Source: Trichoplax adhaerens
Taxonomy: Eukaryota; Animalia; Placozoa
DNA length: 64,000 nt
Reading direction: 5' to 3'
NCBI RefSeq assembly: GCF_000150275.1
Contig: NW_002060943.1
Coordinates: 4,918,008 to 4,982,007, forward strand
The translations under genes and the position numbers were made by a program. Below the pieces are notes generated by a model. The model saw only the letters and a list, made by a program, of their open reading frames with translations, was not told where the DNA came from and ran no database searches. Of the stretch, positions 30,601-43,100 are shown one piece after another. How positions within the stretch are numbered: position 1 is the stretch's first letter; every line of letters starts with the position of its first letter.

Positions 30601-33600
30601 TCCAGAACATTAAACGTAAAATTTGAAATCTGTAATATTTTATTCTTTGATAAATTTCTACAATCAGTATTGAGTAGTTAGTAAAGCAAGCTGTAATTTT
30701 TAAAATCAAATAATTATTTTACTTCATACATACAGCTGTATAAGGGCAGCGAAGCCAAGAAATGTAGATTCACTAACTTCATTGATAATGTTAATCGAAA
30801 AATCTCTACAATAAGCATAAATTCATGAGCTGAAATACGTCCATTAACTTTTATAGAACACATTACGAATATTTGGTTGATGGCATAAAAATAAATTTAA
30901 AGTTTTAAATCTTTATTTACAGTAATGACAACAAGTTCGTTGCAGTAAGATTACTGAAAATTTCTAAAAATAAAATGCGGTAAAATCGTTCAATTACTTT
31001 AGCTACTGTATTAATTCCGCTTTACTCTAGGCAATGTTGATGAAGTAACATTAATATTAATTCATTCCCTTAAATCACCATTTTCTAAGTTTAATCATAT
31101 CTGAAGAAAACTTCTAGAATTAAAGCTAAAGAGAAAATAAGTGGCAATTTTATTTAAAACTTAAAAAATTTTACAGTTATGATCTTACAGTATTCGTATG
31201 TTGTTTTGTTTTCTTCTCGTAGAACCAAGGTTGATTTCAGAGATAAGATTATGGCTAACATTCCTAGATGAGATTGGGTTAGACGCGAAGTGATCGTCAC
31301 AATTTTCGATCAAATTCACATGTAATGGTCAAAAAAATTTATTCATTTGACCACAAGTATCAATAATTTACAGCTACTATAAGATTGTAATAATTTTAGT
31401 GGAATTATTTAGATTCTTACAATGCGAATAAGTTCGGTAAGAGGTCAAGCAAACTGCTATTTAAGGATCGGAGGCTGTTATCGCTAAGGTCTCTAATAAA
31501 TGCCGTTAACAAGAGATATCATATTTGATTCATAATAATGTTAAATATGTTAAACTTATGGCATATTTACAAATATCCAAGTCCTCTTGTTTCAAATAGA
31601 AAGTTCTCAGGAATAACTTTGATATGATTACTACTCAAATTTCTGAAATGTGATCACGAGACTTTTAATTTCTTATCAAGTTATTGTCAAGCTTTTACTA
31701 AATATAGACATTATAAAACTTTTACGTACATAGTTTTCCAGTAGGAATTTCTGATGATCGGAAATTTCACTAGGTTATTACCGTCACAATGTAAGTGATT
31801 TCCGTTAGATGTACAGAATTTCGAATAATACGATATTACTATAAGGTAATGATCGTATTTGTTAGTGTTTTATTTTACAAGCAATAATTAGTTGGTTTTA
31901 CGTGTTTAAATTTTGATAAACTTTCAATTTACTTATTTCATTAAGCAAAGCCGATACGAAGCTACATCTTTGATTAATCATAGTGTAATACCCAAAGAAT
32001 AACACCAAGTATTTAATTATTTAATTCTGTCAGCTAAACCTATTAAAATATTCCTTATAATATTAGTTATTACCGAAATTAGTACCATTACTAGAGAAAG
32101 ATGCATTTGATTTGAAATAATCCATCTCGCTGCAGCTCATGATTCCAGTTAATCTTACCGAACTTAAATTTTCGCATTCTAAATGGAATTAGAATCTCCT
32201 CTTTAATATCAATTATTTGTTAAATTCAGGTATGCTGCGAAAAATATCTTATTAGAGTACGATCATACATCGTATAAATATATCACAAACCAGCTCTTTG
32301 ACAAGATAACGAAAATATTAAATCTACAATTCTTCTCCTAAACTATGCGTCAGGGCAATAAAATTCGCTTAAGAAACACTTATTAACACTTACTCTTAAT
32401 TCTACAGATTCGTAGTGGTTTATACACTTTTTAATCTATGTTAAATAGTATAAAGCTATCAGGCTAAATGTCGCGAACTTCTCTATGGCGAGATTACACT
32501 GTGATAAACTACTTCTCACCCGGTGTTATAGAGCCGTGTACGAAGCATGGACTAGCTATTCCATTCTCTGATAATGAATGTTGCACGTCTGCATAGGGTA
32601 AATAATAGTTTATGATAGAAATTAATCCTAATTTGCTATAATAAATATAATCACAATACGAAATTCCATAATATAGAAAAATTAAAATTAAAATTCGATA
32701 TAGCTACCGCAATACGCTTCGTCTGAACCGTCAGAACAGTCATTTTTACAGTTGCACCATTTACTAGTAGAAATAAAATTGTTTGAAAATATGCCACATG
32801 GATACTTGTAATTGTTATCATCATTTTCCTTTATTTGGCATTTAGCAACTGAAATCCAATAAAATGATCAGTTTTATTAATAATTAATAGTTTAATAATG
32901 GCCATTAACGGCGTTACTCTATACTTAATTGTAATTCCATCATACACCTTAAAACTATAATAGAAGTAAACGAAACGTTTGAATTTCAGAATGACAGCGT
33001 AAATAGTGAGATTTAGGAATAATAATCTCGGAAAATAAGGATTAAGAACATACTATTCAATAATAGTGTAACTACTTCAATGTAATACCTAACTGGTTTA
33101 CAATATAAAGATTGTGAGCAGTGTCACTTAAGTTTTCAGAACTCAATATGAGAACAAAATTCTATGTCTAGAATTGCCTTCTACGAAGCTGAGATTAAGA
33201 TACCTGAATCATAGACATTATTTATATTTATCTATTGCAATTAATTGGTTTTTATTTGACACTGTTTTCAAGGGATACATAGTTTACTCCTATGCAATAT
33301 TCTAACACCAATAGCTTATCTTATAGTTTCTCTATACTATCACGCGACCAACAAAAAGAAGAAATGTATGTTTTATTTCTAAGCTGATTAAGTAATCAAA
33401 TCAGTTTATCAGCTAAATTAAACAGCAGAAAAAGTGAAGACAACTTGGAAAAGAAGTTTAGCTATATTTTTAGAAGGATATATTTATGTAGAGTGATTTA
33501 ATGTGCCCGCATTGTTAGTGTATCACATTAATACGACCCTAAAAACCTAGATATAGGAATCTAGCCGAGATAAATCGATAATACGGTAGTGGCCAAACAT

Positions 33601-35575
33601 TTTCTAATCTTTTAATAGTTGCAAATATTTTCTGCATATTACAACATGTCGCGGTACGCCGTTACTAATTAAGCAACTGTTGATTAGTGAATGCTTATGA
33701 ATAGATAAGATAACGTTATGTGCTATGTTTAATGCGCTTGTAGCTGATAATAGGATGGTAGAAATGAGATAGAAATATAAGTTGTTAACAGTTAATTTAC
33801 TGCAGGTTTGTAAGGTGTGTTAATATCTAAAAATTGAGCAGTATATGGACGAAGGTTAAGCGTCTTAACACCTGATAGCTTGTAACTATCTAAGTCTGAG
33901 AATATTGACATGTATATTTAGTAATGGTATTATACTAATTAATGTAACTTGTAAAGTATGAATTCTCACCCTTTAATATTGGAATTCACTGTAGAAACCT
34001 ATTTAAGCGCGTGTGTTTGTAGAATAAAGTTAGTAATTGCTCAAGAAACGGCAAGACTCATATCGTGAAGAATAGTGTAATAATTAGTCAGTTGTCTGTG
34101 GAGATCAGCTGAGAAATCGAGTTCTCAAATACTTCTCTCATAGAAACTGAAAGTACTGGGAGAAATAGCCCAAGTTTTAAGTAACTACACTAGAGTTCTT
34201 TACTTTCCTTAGCCACAAATGAGGGTTGAGACACAACAATACTTACTCTCGCCTGCATTGCAATACATAAAAACTTATCCTACATACTACACATACAAGT
34301 ATGGCGATATCTATAGCAATTAAAGCCTTCACTTAAGTACGGGCTGTGCCAGGTCCATATGAATTTAGATTTGGACATCATTAAGTAAATGGATTTTATT
34401 CTATATATGCCAGTTAAGAATTCTTATCTACTTAACTAAGTTTAGCTTAAAATGCCATCTAATGCATTATAACTGTTAAAATTTGATAACAAATTAAAGC
34501 TTCCATTTCAAATACTTTATTAATTTCGATTCATAAATATTAGTGATTAGAAAAATTAATCGATTGTTATGAAATTATGTTACAATTTAGAAAATTAAAG
34601 TCATCGAATTAGTATGTAATGAATATCATTCAGATACTATATAACGTGGAATTGAGTATAGGTCATGTCTAGCAAATAGTAGCGTTAGGCTTTTAAAATT
34701 AAAATAAGCGTTACAACATGTATTAATCTTCTTATTGACAAATTGTTTACATAGTACTCAAGGCATTAAAAATTACAGGAAATAAAGATGATGAGCGATT
34801 TTTGAGAACTGTTATAGGAAATAGGAATATTTTCTAGTAAACTATATACTAATGACGAAACTTATTTGCTAAAGATATAGGGAAGATATTACCTTTTATA
34901 TACTACACTGCGAACTGCTATATTTTAAAAATATATCTTATTGGTCTTTAAAATAAGTTTTTAATTTTAAAATCAAGCTTGTATTGTCTATCAAATCGAC
35001 TTAGACATATTAATAAATTAGATTTTTTCTAATATGTCTACTTAATTATATACTATATCAGAACGAAAAGAAAAATAGCGTTTTTTACATATTGAAAGAC
35101 TCATTCTTTCTACTCTTTAAAGATTAACATAGGTTCAACTGTGCATTCCGTTATCGCTATCGCATTTATAATTGATAATTTCATTCAGCCTTTAATAATT
35201 TTCTATCTATTACTGCTAATAGCTAATATATCTGGGTATAGTCAAATCTTTGTAAGCTGGAAGCTAAGATTTTGTAAATACTCTGCTTTTAATTATTTGC
35301 TACAAAGAGACCGAATTTACGCTGCCGTCGTTCTCATGTAGAGATATATCCATATGTGAATTATCCTTTATGTTATACTCTTGCTTAATTTAAGTACGAT
35401 ACTATAGCATAAAATATTGTGTGATAGTTTACTTCAATTTATAACAGATTCTCATTGCAATAAATATAAACAAGTTCATACTGATTACTTTAAGGCTAAA
35501 AGGCTATCATAGTTACTTACCTTGAAGTAGAAGAAAAAGACAGACAGAACCAAACTTTAGAATGTAAGAATTCAT
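14314..35575 (-). CDS. Multi-exon LDLa-LRR GPCR (LGR type C, RXFP/GRL101-like) with 48 single-LRR exons; 54 exons, ~1753 aa
   Basis: Hand-spliced, all GT-AG, frame open throughout. 5' exons: 35521-35575, 32708-32848, 32520-32588, 32074-32178, 31730-31838. LRR exons: 31571-31642, 31421-31492, 31189-31263, 30734-30805, 30586-30657, 30366-30437, 30211-30282, 30055-30126, 29907-29978, 29716-29787, 29504-29575, 29299-29370, 28542-28613, 28320-28391, 27881-27952, 27725-27796, 27515-27586, 27179-27250, 26992-27063, 26815-26886, 26620-26691, 26465-26536, 26287-26358, 25610-25681, 25439-25510, 24926-24997, 24683-24754, 24525-24593, 23922-23993, 23693-23764, 23524-23595, 23361-23432, 23110-23181, 22431-22502, 22261-22332, 22060-22131, 21388-21459, 20615-20686, 20422-20493, 20186-20272, 19925-19996, 19062-19136, 18858-18932, 18682-18753, 18484-18555, 17020-17091, 16765-16836, 16553-16624. 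Last exon 14314-15619. Summed length 5262 nt, divisible by 3. Confidence 0.88.
16553..31642 (-). CDS. Array of 48 phase-2 single-LRR exons (typical 24-aa extracellular LRR)
   Basis: Each exon reads xL/IxxNxI/LxxI/LxxxxFxxLxxLxxL, e.g. DISHNNISDVQVDAFQGLEILEEL (21388-21459) and NLTRNNIQELQANAFTGMQNLNNL (26287-26358), bounded by AG and GT. 43 exons are 72 nt, three 75 nt, one 69 nt, one 87 nt. Confidence 0.92.
17646..18273 (+). mobile_element. Solo LTR, family C, nested in family B
   Basis: TGTTAC...GTGACA; 5 extra nt (ATAAT/ATCCT) at the insertion site; TATAAAA 18044-50, TCAGTT 18065-70, AATAAA 18121-26. Confidence 0.78.
17860..17977. repeat. CpG-rich minisatellite (11-bp unit, 22-bp higher-order unit)
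   Basis: 11 units of TATCGYGYRWT-like sequence, alternating TATCGCGCATT and TATCGTGYGAT. Confidence 0.95.
25886..26243 (+). mobile_element. Solo LTR, family D (4-bp TSD, Ty3/gypsy-like), LGR intron
   Basis: TGTAA...TTACA, TSD TGTC; TATAAAT 26063-69, TCAGTT 26093-98, AATAAA 26170-75. Single copy in the window. Confidence 0.75.
28739..29288 (-). mobile_element. Solo LTR, family A, in an LGR intron (same sense as the gene)
   Basis: TSD CTCCG (28734-38 / 29289-93); inserted 10 nt into the intron after exon 29299-29370. Confidence 0.9.
31730..32588 (-). CDS. Exons 3-5 of the LGR gene: Cys-containing linker and LRR N-terminal cap
   Basis: 32520-32588 DVQHSLSENGIASPCFVHGSITP; 32074-32178 ECENLSSVRLTGIMSCSEMDYFKSNASFSSNGTNF; 31730-31838 VISYYSKFCTSNGNHLHCDGNNLVKFPII (C-x8-C-xxxxLxxFP, LRRNT-like). 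Phases 1-1, 1-1 and 1-2 join correctly. Confidence 0.8.
32708..32848 (-). CDS. Exon 2 of the LGR gene: LDLa module
   Basis: VAKCQIKENDDNNYKYPCGIFSNNFISTSKWCNCKNDCSDGSDEAYC, with the LDLa signature DCxDGSDExxC; phase 1-1 exon as is typical for LDLa modules. Confidence 0.9.
33647..34233 (+). mobile_element. Solo LTR, family E, LGR intron 1
   Basis: TGTC...GACA ends, perfect TSD CAACA; TATTTAA at 34000, AATAAA 34023-28. Single copy in the window. Confidence 0.7.
35521..35575 (-). CDS. Exon 1 of the LGR gene: start codon and signal peptide
   Basis: acaATG MNSYILKFGSVCLFLLLQ followed by a consensus donor AAG|gtaagt, phase 1, in frame with exon 2 (...LLLQVAKC-Q). Confidence 0.75.
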
Positions 35576-38500
35576 TGTGATATCCTTTCATAAAATATTT
35601 GGATTTCTTATATACAAAAAGAAAAAATAAGTAATTGCTATATCAGCGATAGCAGGATTTCATACATTAATGAAGAAACTTGGATATTGCTAGCGATTAA
35701 ATAACGTTAGGATAACGCTTATGTAGTCTAGTTTTATTCTGAAATTATTTTAACTCCATACCTAGCAGAAGGAACATCAAACGCAATAAAATATACAATT
35801 ATTTTTGAAATTACTTACTTAAAAATACAGTTTTGAACTTTGATAAATTTAAAGTTATTTCAACCCTTAAATAAAATTCTACGTAAGTTAAAAAGCTACG
35901 AAAAATAATTTCTTATTAAAGAATCAGATTTCAGTTTTCGGCATTCTTAGAATTTAAAACTGCAAAGGTTTAATAGTTGCCAACTAACTGACAATGTGAC
36001 AACAAAGTTTTCAGCAATTATTTTAGTTTATTATGTAAATCGACTGCTATGTCATATTTGGGCATATGCATAACCAAGAATCGAAGATGAATATATTGTT
36101 TATTTTGCCGTTGTCTCGGTCTTGTTATTTTAGACTGCGGTATTTTCAATAACTGCAAGATCTAACTAATTTGTTAGTCAAGAAAAACTAATGTTTGAAG
36201 ATCTACCGTAATTGTTAGTAATCTCATAATTTTTCTGCTTCAAGAATTTCTAAGAACAATATAAGATAAATTTTATATTTAAGGTATGTTTTTAAAATCC
36301 ATTGTTATTTTATTTTTAACAGTTAAATTAAATCTACTGCGTCATTAAAGATTGATATCGTGTATAATACAGCCATTTAATTAATTATTAACAATAGCTA
36401 TTCCATTAATGAATTATAATCTAAAAGCTAGTAAACTTCTAGGCTCAAAAGTGAAGATCAAATTTAATTTGTTATGAAAGCTGCACATCAGAAACCAAAT
36501 AATTGTAAATAAATATTATTGGTTCAAGTTATACATATCTCTCAAAACCAATAATTCGGTAAGAGTTGGTTATGATTTCAGTATCAATTCTAAATAATTT
36601 TCGAATCAACATAGATCAAATTATCACAAACTGACTGGTTGAAATAGTTTCTACTAGATTCTGCTGGTAATAAACCCCTAATTTGAGCGAATAGACTGCT
36701 AGATTATTCCTAGAGCAAACATTCACTCATTTAATATTGCTATAGAAGCATTTGCCAAATAAAAAATTTATATTTAAATCTTCCCTCATCTGACTGTAGC
36801 TCACGTGATACGAGTATCCTCGAACTGCTATTCAAAAAAGTTTCGTTAGCAGACAGTGATGCTTTCAGTCGGTAAATAATTCTTCTAATGCGGCCGTCTT
36901 CTACTACTGTATTTCATAATTTAGTTATAAAACTAAAGATCATTCTTTTACATATCTTAGAAATGGATATCGCTACTACTAAACGAAATCAGTTCGCTTC
37001 TTTCATCGCGCCGTCTTGAATAATCATAAATTGGCAAACATTTTTGCCATCAATCAAAGTTGCTAGCGTCTGTAATTCAGTCATAAGGAAAGATTAAATG
37101 GTATACCTATTCAAGGGCTACTTCTACTGTATTATCTTATTTGTAAAATTCGTGCTTTAATAGCGTATACAATGAAGTTGTTATAAATCTAGTTTTGTCA
37201 TCAATGGCTATAAATATGTGTTATGATATGACTAATATAATTTATGTAGTGTGTTTAGAACTGATGGGTGTTATTATTTCTAGTAATTACATCTCAAGTT
37301 TTGTGTGCATTAATTGATTTTGCAGGATTGTTCAGTACATAGGTAATCTACTGTATTCCAAGGATACTACTGTACTATTTAACAATTTTTTTGAACAAAA
37401 AAATGACTTTAGATCATATTTTATACTAAAATATTCCATATCTGAAGATACAGTTATTAATGATATTAATTTTAAAATCTATAGCAGATCTTACAAGCTA
37501 ATATTTTAATTACTGCAAGATTATAAAGTTAAAGAAACTTAGCGTAATGAGTTTTATGGTCGAATCTTGGTGGAAAGTAATAATACAGAATACTAGATAA
37601 TAGATTATCGAGTCAAGAAATGCTTAATGTTGTAAACTTTATCAGTAGCAGAGTATTACGACCCTAAATCCGCGTCTAAAAGAATTTTGCTTTGTTTAAG
37701 GATTTATTATAACTGACATTATTAAATTGGCAGGAATACATTTAAATTTTACTATAATTAATAACATGATCCTACTTCAGTTATCGCTGGTCATAATCTC
37801 AGAAGCGATTAATTAGAACATTTAATCTTAACAATGTTCACTACTTTATTTACAAACACGTTAAATCTGTGTGTATGTACCAGGCCATTCGCATTAAAAT
37901 AAGTTTCGAAGCTATTTAAGATTTCATGCTAAGAAATTATCTTCTAATAGACCAAAAATTGTTCTAAGGCCTGCTGTGTGATCAATTATGAAATAGCCTT
38001 ATTCACTTTGCCCTTATAATTACACTATCACCGTAGCATAAAAATATTTAAAAAAGGATAAGTACAAAAAATGGCATTGACTAAAAGACTAACTGCTTTT
38101 TACTTCTTCTTTAAAGTTAAAAATGAGAATTTCTTCTCATTCGCTGAGCTTTGTAGCATTTTACTTGCGGAATGAACACAGTCATGTAATTAGTCACCAA
38201 AAGCATACCTAGTCATTCCCATTATAGCGAAGCTGAAAATCTGAAGCAATATTGCTATACATGTCGACCCCATTAAGGTTTCATTAAGGTTTACGATTTT
38301 GTGTCGTTGAAACTTCGAACACTTTATATCGCGTGACGATTAACAGGAAACGAAAATAAATCTTATTCATATCATTGTCAATAAAATTTCCACATTAATA
38401 TCAATAAAATATACATATTAACGTCAATATAGTAACCATGCTAAATTTTATGGTGTCGTACTGATCATAAATTTATTTAAAACTACAATAGCTCTAAATG

Positions 38501-41263
38501 TACGTTATAGAAAATCTAGAGTATATACGCGTACATAATTAGCTCTCAAGAATTTGATCGCTAGCTACCTTGCTATTTAGTAGTTTTTAAGACATTAATC
38601 TATATAATTTTTCAGTAAATGGTGGTAATTAATAAATCTAATGCTTATATAATTTGAACGTACAAATTAAATCAAGATTCATCTCAGTATTAATTCATGG
38701 CAGCTCAGTGACATACAATAATAGATACTCTGATATTAATTCTATTCTGTAATAGCAGCAGTCAAAACTCAACTGTCAAAAATGTCTTATTAAGCGATAC
38801 ACTTAAAGCGTGCCCTCTGTATGACCCTCTTTAATAAATAAATTTATCAATTTGTGTAGAGTCTAATTTTGATTTTGACGAAAGATATGTAACGAATCAG
38901 TTAATTTAACAAGGCTCAGTAAAAATAAGTATCTTAACTTAGGCTACAATAATGAATATTCATAGTTAACTGTAGATTTATAATATCTAACTATTCAATC
39001 TAAGACAAAGAAAACTGAATTTCCTTGTTAACAGTCAAACAGCAAACAACATAATCAATAATTTCTATGCTTAAACTCTTTTAATTAAATAACTTAGCAA
39101 ATTTTAAGGCGAAAAATATTAATTACATTTTATTACTTCAAGAACCAAATGCTTAATCAATTAATCAATAAAGAACCAAACGGAAGAGAAAAGTATCTAC
39201 TAACTTATTGATAACTTAATAGATAACTATACTTTATACAATTAAGCTGATGGTCTAGAGACTATTGAAGCAAATGCATCTTACTAGGATTTCATTCTAC
39301 TCCTTCAAAAGTTAATGAAACTGACTGACGTTAACGGTTGATAGTCTGAGGATCCTTAAAAATTCCCTACGAAATGCTCTAAATTATTTAACACTGCCTT
39401 GATTGAGATAGCATTGGTTTCATCTCTGCTCTGCTGTTGTGATAGATGTATGGCTTTATCTTCAAATGATTAGCTCCATCGTCTGGTAATATGGATATAA
39501 TCTATATAAAAATATCTTAAGGTATGTAATCCGCTATCAGCCTTGCGAACTATTAGTAGAAATAGTACAGTGAGCGTATTATAATCATGCCGTATAAGAT
39601 TTTGTGCTATTCACTAGAAATTTGGGGTACTCACTATACAAGAGTAACTGCTACAAGAACAGATAATTTCAGAAACACTGCTAGACAATTACTAAGTACT
39701 GTTATTCTTTATAGCGGGTCATCAGAAATTGCACCAAAGTGGATTAGTGCGACCAATTAGTTATATAGCATTATTGGGATGATATCATACAAAATTTATT
39801 ACAACTTTACTAGGCCATACCTTCTTCAGTAGTGAAGTAGTTAATTTGATAGATTGTTTATTGCATAAGTATAAATAACTCCAATTCGAACGAAACAATT
39901 AGGAAACATAATGATTTAAGAAAATTTAAGTGCATTTGGCTACTATCAGTACATTCAACTCCTGACTTAATTTTTAAATTCAAAAAAGGTTGCCGCAGAT
40001 TGTGTTTATCAAATATTGGGTTTAGGAGCTGTAACGACTTCCGTAACTGAGGAAAACCAATGATGGCCGTAATTGAGAGAAATCAATGATCTTACTGTAC
40101 TATACTATTTTATATGGTAAGTATAGCCAATTAAATTGAAATCATTAAATCAGTACATATATATAAAATAACAGTACTGGTAAACATTTCTGCGCATTAA
40201 AACTAAGTAAGAAATAGAAAACAGGATCAAATAGTTATACTGAATTTTTATAGTTACTAATTAAAAGATAAGTGGTAACTTACCAAAAGATCGATATTTT
40301 CGATTTATTTCTTATTTTGCGCTAGCCAGTTTCAGCTCACCAAAAATTTTGCCTCAAATCTATCCAGCGCGTTTAAGAACATACAAATAGTCTATACTCA
40401 TATTCCAAAATTTTTTAAGCAAACTAAATTTTATCCTATATCCCACTTCAAATACAGTAGTACCAATGCTAACAGAATTAAAACCTGACGTCTACGAGTT
40501 TAGCTGACGATTAAAAATCTCTAATGTGTCAATAATAATATATAGACGTACCTAATATTGAATCGTAAGAATAAAGGATTCCTTTTTAATTATCATAACA
40601 ATGATGCTACTGTAATGCACGATTAATTCATTTCATTTGTCAATACCGAAAATTGATTTAAAAGTGCCCTAGTAAAGATTTAAAGTTATCGATTTGATGA
40701 GATCTAATCCATTGCAATACTGGTTAATAAAATGAAAGGCAATTAAATACAACTCAAGAACATGTTCCATTTATATGATATGATGTCGATCTTATAATGA
40801 ATTCTAGAATTTTCTAATTTCAAATTTTTATGCAAAAGATTGAATCAAACCATTTTTTAATCACACCAAATATTTTAGATCAGGCTGTATAGTATTTACA
40901 ATAACGTGAATATCACAACTTTTCAAATGTCGATCATTTATACTTCTTTCGCAAGATGCTACATTTGCTGCAAATTGCATGCTCTGGTGTTTATTAGCTT
41001 CCTAAGAAGTAATTTGAGCCGAAGAAAAGTTGCTCATCATTTTATAATTTTAAATTATGAATAAAGCATGCATCCTTCGCTATAACTTATTATTTATCAT
41101 TTCAGGCGATTGTTATGGTACTGCGTTACCGGTTAATTGATTATCGATACTTGAAAAATAATCTAGATATATACGGTCATGTTTAGATTTGCTAAGCTTG
41201 TACTAGTAAATTGTTTAGTAGTAGAATCGTGATGTATAATTGTTGCAAGTTAATTTACAGAAG

Positions 41264-41893
41264 TATCGCAAAACAGCTTTGCAACAAGATAACGCAATGT
41301 ACGATCAATAAGTCAATTCCTTGAACCACGTATCAAGGAACGATATCTGCACTATCACAAACACTTTTGCTCTACTAGCAGTCTACACAAAGACTTAGAC
41401 GCCTCGTATTTTACGTTAAACTCTAAGTTTACGAATTCACTTTATTACATGATATATTGCATTTATATACTATTCCTCAATTTATCATGAGTCATAGTTA
41501 GTACAATTAACCTCGGAATCATTTACTGAATTAGATATTAATTTTAGCTACTGCTCCCTTAATGCAGACAACAGTATTTACGAACATAGACATCTGATGA
41601 CTAATACAGAATAGTCAGATTACGATATATCCTATCACGGAACATTTCCATGATAATTTACAATCTACCATAAGTAAATTACAATCACAATGATTCGAAC
41701 TGTAAGTAGATGATTTGCATTCCCTATTACAGCTATTAATTTCAGTATGTGTATAAGTGTCACTGTCATAAAGAGTCAGTGCTATATTAAAACACAGTAT
41801 ATCCAAATTAGAAGTTAACTAAATAAGGATAGTCTAACAGAATTATCCTAACATAGATATTTCTACTGTAATACAGTATTTAACGCTGTAACA
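41264..41893. mobile_element. Solo LTR-like repeat, family B
   Basis: AAAACAGCTTTGCAACAAGATAAC... through ...CTGTAACA shared with the 58217 and 60289 copies; TSD not recognisable. Confidence 0.8.
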
Positions 41894-42550
41894 ATCATTA
41901 ACTGTATTATAACAATAATAAAGCTGTAAATAAACTATGACATCATTAATACTCGTATTACGCATATCACACCTTTATAAAATATTATATGAATATTGGC
42001 CGTATAGTAAATCGCTTAACTTTGCATTTCCGTTGCTAACTAAGAAAAAAAATGCTACAGGTACAAATTTAATTTAAACTTTAATAGCAAATCTGCAAGA
42101 CAAATTACTGAAGCATTCAAAAAGTGTACAAGTTCATCTGCTACTGCCATTACCGTAACTACCATTACCGGTATTTTTCTCTAAACAACTAACAGTAGAT
42201 TAAGTAATACCACTCATATAACTTTCCTAGAGGCTACATTTTGCACAAATGATCCCTGATATTGATTATTCATACATACATACTTCATTTTTAACAAATT
42301 GATACCTTTTCTTAATAAGAAATACTGTAATGAATTCTACGAAATTTAGTTTACTGGTCCATGAACGATAGACTAATTTTAAAATATTGAAGTATATAGC
42401 ATTAAACACATGCTCATAAAAGTTAAAGTAATTAATTAAAATTAAGGCTTCTTAAGCTGCATCTAAATTAAACACGCTATAATTAACCATTAGAAGAATT
42501 ATTTTAATAAATTGTATGTATTATTAAGAAACGAACTACCGATTTGATAT

Positions 42551-43100
42551 TGTAATGTATCTAGTATTGTGATTGTAGACCGTTAGCCATGTTTAGTATA
42601 ATGTACGGTAGATATTATCCTAAGATATATTTGGTAGCTGTAACTATAGACTGTAGTGGTAGAGACTCTATGCTAGGGTACAGATGGCTATATACAGTAA
42701 GGTGTTGAGTTACTAATATGGCTATAGGTAAAAATAGAACTGTAAATCATATATTAGGATATGGTTAATTCATTGTACTTTGGCTGATGTAAATAATGTC
42801 TACGTAAGTACTGTAGTCGTATCCATATTGCATTAATGATGGTCCGCAGTAGAATAGTCTTACTAAGAATAATTTAACTATGTGTAAAATAAGGTAAAAG
42901 GTTGCCATGCGGATTGTAGCTGCGAATGCTACGAAAAGTATAAAAGCATGCAACTTTGGATCATTCAGTTAGTTCGCTGTAGAAGTCTTTAGTAGTAGTA
43001 TTCGGCTAAAGTAGAGCTGTGTGTAGTTGATCTTTGTATAAGATTCAATAAAGCCCTTATTTTTCTAAAATTTGGAATTTCGTGATCGGTATATATCACA
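42551..43100 (+). mobile_element. Solo LTR, family A
   Basis: TGTAATG...TATCACA, TSD GATAT. Confidence 0.9.

Noticed and set aside
33088-33203. Candidate extra exon in intron 1 (GILISAS...)
   Set aside because: In-frame stops; exon 1 splices in frame directly to the LDLa exon.
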